A stretch of DNA of 64,000 bases, taken from the sequence record MN445185.1, one strand, 5' to 3'. Origin of the DNA: Escherichia phage vB_EcoM_EC001. Below, piece after piece: positions 37,871-47,320 of this stretch. The first letter of the stretch is position 1; each line of letters starts with the position of its first letter. The notes below the pieces were generated by a model, which ran no database searches, was not told the DNA's origin, and worked only from the letters and a program-made list of their open reading frames with translations. Both the position numbers and the translations under genes were made by a program.

Positions 37871-38491
37871 ATGAGTCGTCGCAAAAAGAAACCCGCTTAT
37901 AACCCACGTAAAGACGCCCGCGATTTCGTCAAGGCGATGATGCAGTCTGTGTTGAAAAAACAAGCTGTGTTTATCGAAAGTACCGAATTCCTGTCAGGCA
38001 GAATTGATCGGGAGCGTGAAGTAACTGAAGCCATTACGCACGAAGAGCTGAAAGCCTTTACGTTGAAAGCGCTGGATGAAGCACAGGCGGCTTTCCTTGG
38101 CATGTGTCAGCAAGGCAAAGAGCTGTTCGGTAAACTGATTGTTGAGGCAGATGCTAAGGCTGTGCCGGTGTTTGACATGCTGAACGATAACAGCAAAACG
38201 TGGAAAGAAATCAAAGACCAGTTCCACGTCGACCACACCGAACTGTCCCTGATTGACCAGCGGGCAAACATGCTTGCGATGGATATTCAGGGCACCAGTA
38301 TCGAAATCTTCTCCACGTATAACGCGAAAGTGAAGTTCGTGAAGCAGGCGCTGAATAACGGGCATACCGTGGAACAAGCCGAAGTTCTGTTGGCTGAAGC
38401 TCTGGCTAATAATTCGAAGGAACTCCCTAAAAACGCCATCGTCGATCACAACGACGTTGTAGTAGAAACCGAGGAAGCGGCACATGTCTGA
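37871..38491 (+). CDS. hypothetical protein
   Basis: Internal ATG (MSRRKKKPAYN) of track ORF 37829..38491 with AAAGGA RBS. Confidence 0.55.
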   Translation: MSRRKKKPAYNPRKDARDFVKAMMQSVLKKQAVFIESTEFLSGRIDREREVTEAITHEELKAFTLKALDEAQAAFLGMCQQGKELFGKLIVEADAKAVPVFDMLNDNSKTWKEIKDQFHVDHTELSLIDQRANMLAMDIQGTSIEIFSTYNAKVKFVKQALNNGHTVEQAEVLLAEALANNSKELPKNAIVDHNDVVVETEEAAHV

Positions 38492-40454
38492 GATCCAAGA
38501 TCAGCGTCCGGGTAATGCCCGTCGCCCTAATCCCGACCAGCCAGCCCCTGTGGCGGCTGCTACCCAACAAGAGATGATTCTTCCGACCGTGCCTGATGAC
38601 GCGACCTCGGATGCAATCATCATGGCTATTAAACAAGCCAATCCCGATTTTTCTTTTGCCCGTGCAGAAGAAGTTTATCACCAACACTATCATCGTCCGG
38701 AGCCTAAGCTTGAGCGTCCGACGTTTGTAGAAGAGGCGTTGCCTGAACCTGCTGCACCTGTACCACCGGCACCTCAGACTTTTGCTGAACAGGTGCAGGA
38801 GCACCTACATCGTGCCCCGGAACCGGTAGTAGAGAAAGCGCCTACGGTAGAACCTGCTCCGCAGCCAAAAGCTCCGGAAGCGGTTGCACCGGCACAGCCG
38901 GCTGTAAAAGAAATGGAAGATGCAGCACCGAAGGTTCCGGAACAACAACAGATGCGTGAGATTGACTTCGGTAATACCCATTTAGCTGAAACCGCCGAAA
39001 TGGGTGAAGATGAAGCCGATCGTATTCTGACACAGTCGAAGATGTTGATTGGTCTGAAACAAGACCCTAACATCATTGCAGACTCCCTGCAAAAGTTCCT
39101 CGGTAATATTAAACGTTCACCGAAAGACGGCCGGCTGCTATTCGAAAGCCCTGAACAGCAACAGGTTTACGACGACATCTATCGTGCTTTGAACATGACC
39201 CCGCCACGTCTACAGGACGGCGTACCGGCATTCGCGGGTGCACTGGACCGTGGTGATACCGCTTGGGAACAGCGTGTGATGTTGCCGGACGGCAAGGCAT
39301 CTGGTGCTATTGCACCGCGTGACAATATGCACACTGGCGCGCTGGCTGCCTTACGTCGTGTACGTAAGTCGGGTATTCCGAACATGGTTTGGTTGCCGGC
39401 CACAGGTATCTACGTGGGCTTCCGCGCACCGCACGAACGTGACCTTTGTGACTTCGACATGCGTCTAACGCTGGAAACTGCGACCATCGGTATGCAGACC
39501 TACGGATTGATGCTGTCGTCGTCTTCTGGCGTGTACATGCGCCACATGGTTGAATTCGCACTTCAGTTTGTTACCGAAGCAACCATCGATTGTGCGGGTA
39601 ACGATCTGCGTACGGTGCTGTTGGATACCATTGATCTGGCTGACTACTGGCTGGTTATTCTGGGTCCGTTGCAGGCGAAGTGGCCGTCTGGTATTCCATG
39701 GACGCTGATGTGTGGCGAAGACGGTTGCAACCAGCAGGAAGATGTGAAGCTGAACATCGCGCGTTGTATCCGTTTCGGTTCCGGACTGTTTAGCGACCTG
39801 CAGAAACAACTGTGGGCACGTCAACGCGGTACTGAGCGTCCAGTGATTTCTATTGCAGAACAGCGCGAATATATCGCGGCGCATCAGGTTGATCCGTCCT
39901 CGGTATTTGAATACCACGACGTGCGTGTTGAATTTGGCCGTTCCACCCTGGGTAGCTTCTTTGACTCCACCGAGAAGTGGATTGAAGACGTTAACGCGTC
40001 AACTACGGCAGCGCTGTCTGAATTTGCTACCGAGCGTGAACGTGAATCCCATATGCGTTTAACTGCGGAAGCCCGTCGCTTAACGCGTTACGCTCACATG
40101 GTGAAGTCTATCACTGTTAATGAGCAACGTGAAGTAAACGGTGAAATGCAGGTTATCCCACAAACTGAAACCGACACAGCGAAAATCGTTGAGATGCTGG
40201 AAGAGCTGTCTTCCGACCGTATCTACGTTGGTCAGTTTGAAAACGCGATTGCTGAATACAACGAACGTACACGTTTAGCGGTATTCGGTTACATGGGTAA
40301 ACGCTGCCCGGCGTGTGGTAAAACACACGGCGAGAAAGACGGTCTGTATCGCGGTATTGTTACCATCAGTCCGGACAGGGTTTTTTTCGTGCTCTCTCGA
40401 GTGGTGTCCGAGATTCAGAAATTCTTGCTGGATCAATACGCCGATATTGGCTAG
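38484..40454 (+). CDS. hypothetical protein with proline-rich PAPE-repeat N-terminal region and single CxxC near the C-terminus
   Basis: 656-aa ORF, host-like codon usage; low-complexity Pro/Ala/Glu-rich N-terminal segment (about residues 80-140) with repeated PAP/PEP units; later CPACGKTHG. Confidence 0.6.
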   Translation: MSEIQDQRPGNARRPNPDQPAPVAAATQQEMILPTVPDDATSDAIIMAIKQANPDFSFARAEEVYHQHYHRPEPKLERPTFVEEALPEPAAPVPPAPQTFAEQVQEHLHRAPEPVVEKAPTVEPAPQPKAPEAVAPAQPAVKEMEDAAPKVPEQQQMREIDFGNTHLAETAEMGEDEADRILTQSKMLIGLKQDPNIIADSLQKFLGNIKRSPKDGRLLFESPEQQQVYDDIYRALNMTPPRLQDGVPAFAGALDRGDTAWEQRVMLPDGKASGAIAPRDNMHTGALAALRRVRKSGIPNMVWLPATGIYVGFRAPHERDLCDFDMRLTLETATIGMQTYGLMLSSSSGVYMRHMVEFALQFVTEATIDCAGNDLRTVLLDTIDLADYWLVILGPLQAKWPSGIPWTLMCGEDGCNQQEDVKLNIARCIRFGSGLFSDLQKQLWARQRGTERPVISIAEQREYIAAHQVDPSSVFEYHDVRVEFGRSTLGSFFDSTEKWIEDVNASTTAALSEFATERERESHMRLTAEARRLTRYAHMVKSITVNEQREVNGEMQVIPQTETDTAKIVEMLEELSSDRIYVGQFENAIAEYNERTRLAVFGYMGKRCPACGKTHGEKDGLYRGIVTISPDRVFFVLSRVVSEIQKFLLDQYADIG

Positions 40455-40498
40455 ACCAGGAAGACGTTCCGTCCGAGCAAATCATTACAACGCTCAAG

Positions 40499-40870
40499 AT
40501 GGATACCACCTCTCTCTTCAAGCAGCGTAGCACACGTCCTATTACGTATCAGGAAGCCCATAACGAGCTTCTGGAAGCGTATGACCGTACACTGGCTCTT
40601 AATACCGGCGACCATCAGGTAGGGTTGTCGGATTTTGAAAACCCGGTATACGGTAGTCTTTACGATATCTGGTACGCCACTTACTTACGTGAAGAGGTCG
40701 GTGAAAACTACCGGATGTCGATAGACGAGTTCCTCGACCGTCCCCGCTGGCAGATACTGCTGATGCTCGACAATATCCGTCGTCGCAAAGCGATTATCGC
40801 CAAAGCCGGCGAACAGGTGGCAGGTGAACGTGCGCTAAAGGAGCTGGAGAAAGATCTGACGGGACATTAA
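40499..40870 (+). CDS. hypothetical protein
   Basis: 123-aa ORF followed by terminator. Confidence 0.5.
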   Translation: MDTTSLFKQRSTRPITYQEAHNELLEAYDRTLALNTGDHQVGLSDFENPVYGSLYDIWYATYLREEVGENYRMSIDEFLDRPRWQILLMLDNIRRRKAIIAKAGEQVAGERALKELEKDLTGH

Positions 40871-40879
40871 TAGAAATTC

Positions 40880-40908
40880 GGGGCTTCGGCCCCGTTTTCT
40901 TTTTTTTA
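40880..40908 (+). terminator. intrinsic terminator (ggggcttcggcccc plus T-run)
   Basis: Hairpin plus long T-run. Confidence 0.6.
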
Positions 40909-40923
40909 TTCGCCTTGGTATGA

Positions 40924-41808
40924 ATGCCCTTTTCACTATGGAACAGAGCCATGATTGATATTTATACCGACTATGCGGCTGTATTGACAGTCAACCGTCA
41001 CGAAGGTCGTGCAGCACCGATGCTAGATTTAGTGACGCTCGGTATGGATTACGGTTACGATGTGGCGTTATCCGATGTTTATAGCAACCCGTTGTCTGAC
41101 CCCGCGGACGAAACTGTCCGTCTGGAATCCATTATCGTGAAGGTAGCGGTTGGATTAGGCAACCGCCTCGGTATCGGACTTAATCCACAAATCGTCTTCC
41201 AGAAACCGAAAGAAACCGTACGTATCCTTCACGGTGTGTTGGAAGCCTTCGAGGAGTTCGAAGACAGTGATGCCCTTTACGGGATTGTCTCCTCTGGTGA
41301 GACACCAGAGTATATCCTGGAGAACATGTGTCGTTATGTTTACGGTGACGAAAACCTGCACTTCGAAGACCTGATTACTGTTGTCAGCCCACGCGTGCTT
41401 ACCGTGATGGAGAACTTCTTAGCAGCAGAGTCGTTGGAAAGCCAGAAACGAAACGGCGACGACGAGCGTCAACAGCGTATCGTCGCTTACTTGCGGTTGT
41501 TCCCTGAGAACCCGTCAGCGTTTGTCTTTATGAATCTGCCTGCTGAGCCAGACTTAACGGTGGTGCAGCAGTCGTTAGAGTTTCGCGTAGAGGACATTAG
41601 CGAAATTGATTTGCTGACGATGTATGCGGTGGGCTTATCGATTATTCCTCATGCGGAGTTTGATGGGGCTTACGGTGACTTAGAAAAGAACCTTGCCCTG
41701 TTGAACGTCGACAACGTCCCGCCTGGAGAAATCTTGCGGAAAGGATTGGAAGCGTTGAAAGTCATATACGCTAGTGGGGACGCGGAGGTAGATGATGAAC
41801 AAGATTGA
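40924..41808 (+). CDS. hypothetical protein (start may be 40951)
   Basis: 294-aa ORF; alternative in-frame ATG at 40951. Confidence 0.5.
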   Translation: MPFSLWNRAMIDIYTDYAAVLTVNRHEGRAAPMLDLVTLGMDYGYDVALSDVYSNPLSDPADETVRLESIIVKVAVGLGNRLGIGLNPQIVFQKPKETVRILHGVLEAFEEFEDSDALYGIVSSGETPEYILENMCRYVYGDENLHFEDLITVVSPRVLTVMENFLAAESLESQKRNGDDERQQRIVAYLRLFPENPSAFVFMNLPAEPDLTVVQQSLEFRVEDISEIDLLTMYAVGLSIIPHAEFDGAYGDLEKNLALLNVDNVPPGEILRKGLEALKVIYASGDAEVDDEQD

Positions 41809-43090
41809 CTATCTGGTCGCTGCGTGTAAAGCAGAAGCTTGGCGTAGACTGGTGTGGCGTATTGCGGTTTTCAACGTGGCAATCTTTAATGAAAAAGGTG
41901 AGCCACCTGAGCAATACGACCTGAACTATATTGACGGCTTGCCCCACTACTGGGAAAACGAAGAAATTAAATGGGTGCCGATTGAAGGGTGCAAAAAAGA
42001 TGAAGAGCTGTTCGTGCCAGAAGAGCAGTTTGAATTGCGTCCTGAGATGTACCCAGGTTTAGCTGGTCCCATTCCGACTACCGTGGGTCGCTATGTCTTT
42101 AACTGGATTGCTATCTATTACGCTTTCGGTACCCGTCTCCCGTATCTGGCAGAGTCTCGTGACCCACTAGCCTACCGTAAAGAGATGTATGAGCGTTGTG
42201 TGGAATATGATGACAGCGATCCAGACAACGAAGACGCGATTCGACCGTACATGATAGGACGCTTTGTAGGGGGTCTACACGAGCTTGCTCCGTTGTGTCG
42301 TGGGATTGCCCCAACAGGAACTATTAGAAGCCTTACAACGCATCCTGACGCGTATAAGGTACGAGATGCGTTGCTGTTGAAGCACAAAGACGAACTGGAT
42401 AACCCTGCGGTTATCGTTATGATTGAAAAAGCTCTCGATGAACTTGATAAAGAGTGGTTGAGTGGCGACCAGTCCGTTGAGTTCTACAGCTCTCCTAAAG
42501 CGCGTATGCGTCGCCGTAAGCTGATGCTGATGTACGGTATTCAGACCGCTTTTAAAGAAGGTGCAGATTTTACCTTAATCCCAACGAGCCTGATGGAAGT
42601 TGATCAGACCGGGATGAAGTATCTGGTAGAGAAATTCAATGATACGCGAGAAGGTTCCTTCATGCGTGGTGCAGAAACTGCCAAGGGCGGGGAGCAAGTA
42701 CGTATCATCCAGATGATCTTCCAGAACCACAAAATCGTGCCTGGTGATTGCGGGACAAAACTGACACATGCAGTTGTAATTAACCAGTATAACTACAAGC
42801 GTTATGTTGGCATGAACGCGATGGTTAACGGTAAAGTTACCCAACTCACCGAAGAGTATTTGAAAACGCAATTTGGTAAAGTTGTTCGACTCCGCCGACC
42901 CATCTTATGTCAGCAAGGTCACGTAGACTGTTGTGCGGCGTGCTCCTCTGCACACAAAGCAGAAGAGCCACGGGCAATCGCTGCGGATATCTCTTCCGGC
43001 TTCTCGAACGTTATGACCACTGCAATGGGTGCGATGCACGGTCGTGAAACCGTGGTTAAAGAGTACATCCCTAAATTCCACATCACCTAA
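41792..43090 (+). CDS. hypothetical protein
   Basis: 432-aa ORF overlapping previous gene end. Confidence 0.55.
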   Translation: MMNKIDYLVAACKAEAWRRLVWRIAVFNVAIFNEKGEPPEQYDLNYIDGLPHYWENEEIKWVPIEGCKKDEELFVPEEQFELRPEMYPGLAGPIPTTVGRYVFNWIAIYYAFGTRLPYLAESRDPLAYRKEMYERCVEYDDSDPDNEDAIRPYMIGRFVGGLHELAPLCRGIAPTGTIRSLTTHPDAYKVRDALLLKHKDELDNPAVIVMIEKALDELDKEWLSGDQSVEFYSSPKARMRRRKLMLMYGIQTAFKEGADFTLIPTSLMEVDQTGMKYLVEKFNDTREGSFMRGAETAKGGEQVRIIQMIFQNHKIVPGDCGTKLTHAVVINQYNYKRYVGMNAMVNGKVTQLTEEYLKTQFGKVVRLRRPILCQQGHVDCCAACSSAHKAEEPRAIAADISSGFSNVMTTAMGAMHGRETVVKEYIPKFHIT

Positions 43091-43103
43091 GGATTGTTTC
43101 CTC

Positions 43104-43604
43104 ATGACTAAGAAAGACACTACTACCCTTGACCCGCGTACAGAAGGCGTGGTCCGTGATAGCGCTTCTTACAGCAACGACGACCAATATCGTGTTAAAC
43201 TGATCACCACGATGCTCGATGAAGCAGGTAACAATGCCGGTCCACGCAAAGCATCTGGTACCCAGGCTGAGAAAGATGCGTATAATAAGCTGCATCACTC
43301 TTTCCGTGAGCTGTTTAAACTGCGCGGTCAGGCCTTCCTGGACGGTTTCTACGCCTTCGTAGAAGCGGCTAATAAGCATCGTAACGGTATTTTCTACGCA
43401 CCGGCTGCTAATAACCGTATCAGTGAGAACTTCCCGAATCGCGACGAGCGTGAAGTCTTCGTTATCTTTATTAACATGCTGATTCGTTACGCACGTTGCG
43501 CCGACAAAGGCCGTTTCCGTGATACCAACGATGTTGACCGTCTGGCTCGTCGCTTGAACGACCCGGACCTGCGTTCGCTGGTTATGCACGCCTTTGGCGG
43601 TTAA
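43104..43604 (+). CDS. hypothetical protein (host-like codon usage)
   Basis: Internal ATG (MTKKDTTT) of track ORF 43029..43604 with AAGGA RBS; 166 aa. Confidence 0.6.
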   Translation: MTKKDTTTLDPRTEGVVRDSASYSNDDQYRVKLITTMLDEAGNNAGPRKASGTQAEKDAYNKLHHSFRELFKLRGQAFLDGFYAFVEAANKHRNGIFYAPAANNRISENFPNRDEREVFVIFINMLIRYARCADKGRFRDTNDVDRLARRLNDPDLRSLVMHAFGG

Positions 43605-43613
43605 ATAAAAGTA

Positions 43614-43650
43614 CCTCTCTACCCTAGGGTAGAGAGGCCTTTCTTTTTTT
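43614..43650. terminator. bidirectional intrinsic terminator (cctctctaccctagggtagagagg flanked by A-run and T-run)
   Basis: Between convergent genes 43104..43604 (+) and 43654..45438 (-). Confidence 0.55.
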
Positions 43651-43653
43651 GTT

Positions 43654-45438
43654 TTAGAACCCGCAGATGTACTCCATAGGCTCTGTCACTACTTCCCCTT
43701 GCTTACGTAAGAACGTAGACAGGACAGTGTCTTTGTCCGGTAAGCAGAAGAAGTCTGTCGCTATTTCCATGGCATTAACTCGCCCAGCAGTTAAGTTGAC
43801 GCCCGTGCGACGTCGAATCTCTTCACTAACCCCATTGATGGACAGTAGTTCGATGAGTGTGGTCTCACGAGACTGGTTCATCATGTTTGTGGCCGAAGGG
43901 TAGGCCTGGGTTAAGTCCGCATCCGCAGTTTGTCCACGGAACGCAGAGTAATATTCGTCAATCTCCTCCAGAATGTTATTCAGACCGTTCTCAGCATTCA
44001 TACATGCTGTCAGGGTAACAATCCAACCGTCTGTACCGATAACCTCTTCATCGTAATCGTTACGCATTGCAGACCCTACGGAACCGATGACGTATCCTTT
44101 GTCATACAGATAATAGGTAAAGGCCACACAGATACGTTTTGGTAACGACGGGAAGATATCGTACATCGAGAAACCTGCCAGAATGGATATTGCTGAAGAC
44201 AAGTCGTTCGTCTTCTTATCCAACAACACGATTAACAAGTTATCCATCATGTTGTATACGGCATATTCGGCAGGGTAGTCCCGTTGTGCTTTTATGTGCC
44301 ATTGCAGGTTATCTTCATACGGCAGTCCAGGAATGTCGAGTTTGTGTAAACCGAGTTCGGTGTACAGTATGGCAGATAACTTGTACGAAGGACGTTGCCC
44401 TTCGTGGACACGCAACGAACGGAATAACACCATGGCATCCACACAGTAGAAAGACGCAGTACAGTAGAGTACGTGCCACTGTTGAGACGGTGCTTTGGTG
44501 AGTGACTTGGATTCCGTCTTTTTGTTCGCCTGGTCTTCTTTAAACCACAGACGACGGTATTTCTCCGGAACATCCGGATGGTTAAAGACGCCCAGTGGAT
44601 CGATACCTTCTTTCTGCAAGGTTTCCAACATGCGTGAAATATCGAACTGGTGGTTCCATGCGACCAGCAAATCAGGAAGACGTGGATGAATTTCTTCGAA
44701 CATCCTGACGATGCACTGCCCTGCCGTAGCGCAGGTATAGGTGAATATTTTATAACCGCTGATAATGTCTTTGGTCTTTGTCACCTTTTCGCCAGTCTTT
44801 TTGTCTTTCTCATCGAATTCGATTTTGCTTAAGAGTTCCTGCGCTTTTTTGAGAATGACTTCTTCCGCGTTTTTACCGATGCGGTCCATGTAGTTCTTAG
44901 CACCAAAGAAATGGATTTCGTCGTCTAAGATAAACGACACGATCCACGGTTCCTTCGTGCCGTCCATTTCGTTGGTCTCCACGTCGTATACGCAAAGACG
45001 GTTAGGGCTGATGTTGTTCGGCCAGCGCTTTAAGTATTTCTGTTTAATCCAGCTGGTAATCGGTAAGTCGGCCCAATAAACGTACGGGCTAGTACAGACT
45101 CGGCGCAGGTTCTTTTTCGGGTCAGGGAAACGTGCACCTAAACCCATCTGCAACGTCTTCGCCATCTGCGCATCAGTAGTCCAGAGTTCTTGACATTTTC
45201 CTTTTTCTTCGAACTCTTTTTTCTCCTGGTGGTTACGATATTCTTCACGGGTAACGTACACCGGACGCTTTAAATTCTCACGCATTACCAAGCGCGGGAT
45301 AAGCCTGCCATCCTTAGTATGGATGACCTCTTTGATGAGGACAAAGTCATTTTCTTTTTCTTCGTCCGTCGCATAAGCGACGTGCTTGCACTCTTTAGCG
45401 ATGACATCCTCGGGTGCGTAATAGGTATTGATTTCCAT
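43654..45438 (-). CDS. family-B DNA polymerase, N-terminal fragment (3-prime to 5-prime exonuclease domain plus palm motif A)
   Basis: Exo I LCVYDVETNEMDG (D-x-E), Exo II WNHQFDISRML, Exo III YAVYNMMDNLL (Y-x3-D), motif A DLTQAYPSA (D-x2-SLYPS-like). ORF stops about 80 aa after motif A; motifs B and C are in 11920..14211. Confidence 0.65.
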   Translation of the reverse strand: MEINTYYAPEDVIAKECKHVAYATDEEKENDFVLIKEVIHTKDGRLIPRLVMRENLKRPVYVTREEYRNHQEKKEFEEKGKCQELWTTDAQMAKTLQMGLGARFPDPKKNLRRVCTSPYVYWADLPITSWIKQKYLKRWPNNISPNRLCVYDVETNEMDGTKEPWIVSFILDDEIHFFGAKNYMDRIGKNAEEVILKKAQELLSKIEFDEKDKKTGEKVTKTKDIISGYKIFTYTCATAGQCIVRMFEEIHPRLPDLLVAWNHQFDISRMLETLQKEGIDPLGVFNHPDVPEKYRRLWFKEDQANKKTESKSLTKAPSQQWHVLYCTASFYCVDAMVLFRSLRVHEGQRPSYKLSAILYTELGLHKLDIPGLPYEDNLQWHIKAQRDYPAEYAVYNMMDNLLIVLLDKKTNDLSSAISILAGFSMYDIFPSLPKRICVAFTYYLYDKGYVIGSVGSAMRNDYDEEVIGTDGWIVTLTACMNAENGLNNILEEIDEYYSAFRGQTADADLTQAYPSATNMMNQSRETTLIELLSINGVSEEIRRRTGVNLTAGRVNAMEIATDFFCLPDKDTVLSTFLRKQGEVVTEPMEYICGF

Positions 45439-45508
45439 GGTCTACTCTCAAATATGGTGTCTGCTATACTGATTTGTGGGTAACGTATTTTCTAAAAGGA
45501 ACGTCTAA

Positions 45509-46861
45509 ATGGGACACTGGCAAAAGCACATAACCTCGTTGGCCGACGCGAAAGCCGTGGCCTCGGAATCCATCGGATTCCAAGATAAAAAGAAACTCGC
45601 CTCTTTGGCGGAAGTGGTACGTAAGTTCCGTGATGCGGGCGACTTCTCGCCAGCGGGTTATCAGAGTTCTGGTATTGCTGCCTGGGTCTTTGACAACAAC
45701 GGTATTACAGTCCTGCCTCGTAACGGGTCCGACTTAGGTGTGGCGGACGTTGTGTTTGCGGGTGTGGAGCCGCCGAAGCTCGACGCGAACAACCCAATCA
45801 TCGCCGACCTGCAACGCAAGATGGTGCAGGGTAACATCGACCTGGATGTCTACAGTAAGTTCTTAAAAGAGAACGAGCTGAACGGCGAGTTCGACGATAA
45901 AAATGCGAAGCTTTCAGGCGAACTCAGCAAGGTGCCGTCCCCACTTTGGCTGACCCCGAAACTACTGACCGGTATCGAGTTAACGGATTTAGAAGTCGCG
46001 GCGATAATTCTGCATGAAGTCGGCCACGTCTATTACTATTTCCGTACCTTGATGCGTACGGTGGTAACGAACCTGATTGCGGATGCTGCAGCGAACCGCA
46101 TGATGCAAACCGAAGACCCGACAGTGCGTTTAAAAGTCGTAAAAGACGTTGAACGTATGCTGAACACCAAAGTGAATCAGCCGGAAACTATCTGCAAAGA
46201 GATGTCTAAAGAGAACATCTACATGCATCTGGTGACAGACATTCTGCTTGAGCGTCCGTTTGTTACCGGTTCGGAAGGGTTCGCTAACCGTACCTGGGAA
46301 CGTGCTGCGGATGACTTCGCAGCTCGCTTTGGTGCAGCCCCGTACCTGGCGTCAGCCTTGTACAAAATCGAAACGTCCCAATTCTATCTCTGCCGGAACG
46401 CGTCGTACATGAACTACGGTGTGCATCTGATGCTGGAAATGCTTAACGTTTCGCTGCTGATTGTGGCTTCGACTAATCCAGTTGGCCTGTTCTTCACGAC
46501 TATCTCGGTGGCGTTCGGTCTGATTGTGAACGACCCACGCAACACCATCTACGATCCGCCGCAGGAACGTTTTGAGACGATGCGTCGTAACTTAGTGGAG
46601 GAGCTGAACACCTTAAAAGGCAGCACCACGAAAGAAGCGAACGAACACCGTAAACGTATTCTGCAGGGCATTGCGTCTATCGACGAATTACTGAAAACCG
46701 TGAAAGACAAAGACAACGTCTTTAGCTTCATCATGAAAACGCTGACCCCTGGCGGTCGCCGTGAGCGTGCTGGGGTGGATTATCAGCGTACGATGGAGCG
46801 CTATCTTTCTAATGACCTGCGTGTGGCTTCTGCGAAGCTTAGTCAGGCGACTTCTTCCTAA
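45509..46861 (+). CDS. putative membrane-associated zinc metallopeptidase (HExxH)
   Basis: 450-aa ORF with IILHEVGHVYYY and hydrophobic segment NVSLLIVASTNPVGLFFTTISVAFGLIV. Confidence 0.5.
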   Translation: MGHWQKHITSLADAKAVASESIGFQDKKKLASLAEVVRKFRDAGDFSPAGYQSSGIAAWVFDNNGITVLPRNGSDLGVADVVFAGVEPPKLDANNPIIADLQRKMVQGNIDLDVYSKFLKENELNGEFDDKNAKLSGELSKVPSPLWLTPKLLTGIELTDLEVAAIILHEVGHVYYYFRTLMRTVVTNLIADAAANRMMQTEDPTVRLKVVKDVERMLNTKVNQPETICKEMSKENIYMHLVTDILLERPFVTGSEGFANRTWERAADDFAARFGAAPYLASALYKIETSQFYLCRNASYMNYGVHLMLEMLNVSLLIVASTNPVGLFFTTISVAFGLIVNDPRNTIYDPPQERFETMRRNLVEELNTLKGSTTKEANEHRKRILQGIASIDELLKTVKDKDNVFSFIMKTLTPGGRRERAGVDYQRTMERYLSNDLRVASAKLSQATSS

Positions 46862-46876
46862 GTAAGGGTACTTAAC

Positions 46877-47320
46877 ATGACGCATAAAGTTTCTTTAAAT
46901 AACCTGGTACTGGATTTCAAACGTACCAACGAAGGGAAAGGTGTACACGCCCAGCGTGCTTTGACCGGCCTGGTTGCTTTCTCACTGGCGTATAACGCGG
47001 TACTGGCTGATAATGGTCAATATGGCGCTGCAGAGGCCGCTGGGACGTTTTTACGTCCGGTAATGCGTAATATCGTCTCTGACGTTAACGAGCTGTACTG
47101 TGTTGATTTGGGCGTGATTGAGGACATGACCGTGGGTCTGTACTGCAATCGTTACTGCAACGTGTATGGCGGCGCTAAAGCTCTGGAAAGTTTCTCAGTT
47201 CGTGAGATTTTCAACCAGGCACTCGGGGAAGATATCTGGGAAACCGTTGGTCTGTGGATTAGCCGCTTTATGGAAGTGGTTGGTTTCTACATGGCAGAAC
47301 TGAAAGGGCAAATTTCATGA
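46877..47320 (+). CDS. hypothetical protein
   Basis: 147-aa ORF; stop overlaps next start. Confidence 0.5.
   Translation: MTHKVSLNNLVLDFKRTNEGKGVHAQRALTGLVAFSLAYNAVLADNGQYGAAEAAGTFLRPVMRNIVSDVNELYCVDLGVIEDMTVGLYCNRYCNVYGGAKALESFSVREIFNQALGEDIWETVGLWISRFMEVVGFYMAELKGQIS

Noticed and set aside
41792-43090. ORF 41792..43090 as the missing RNAP beta N-terminal half
   Set aside because: No recognisable beta N-terminal motifs; left as hypothetical.
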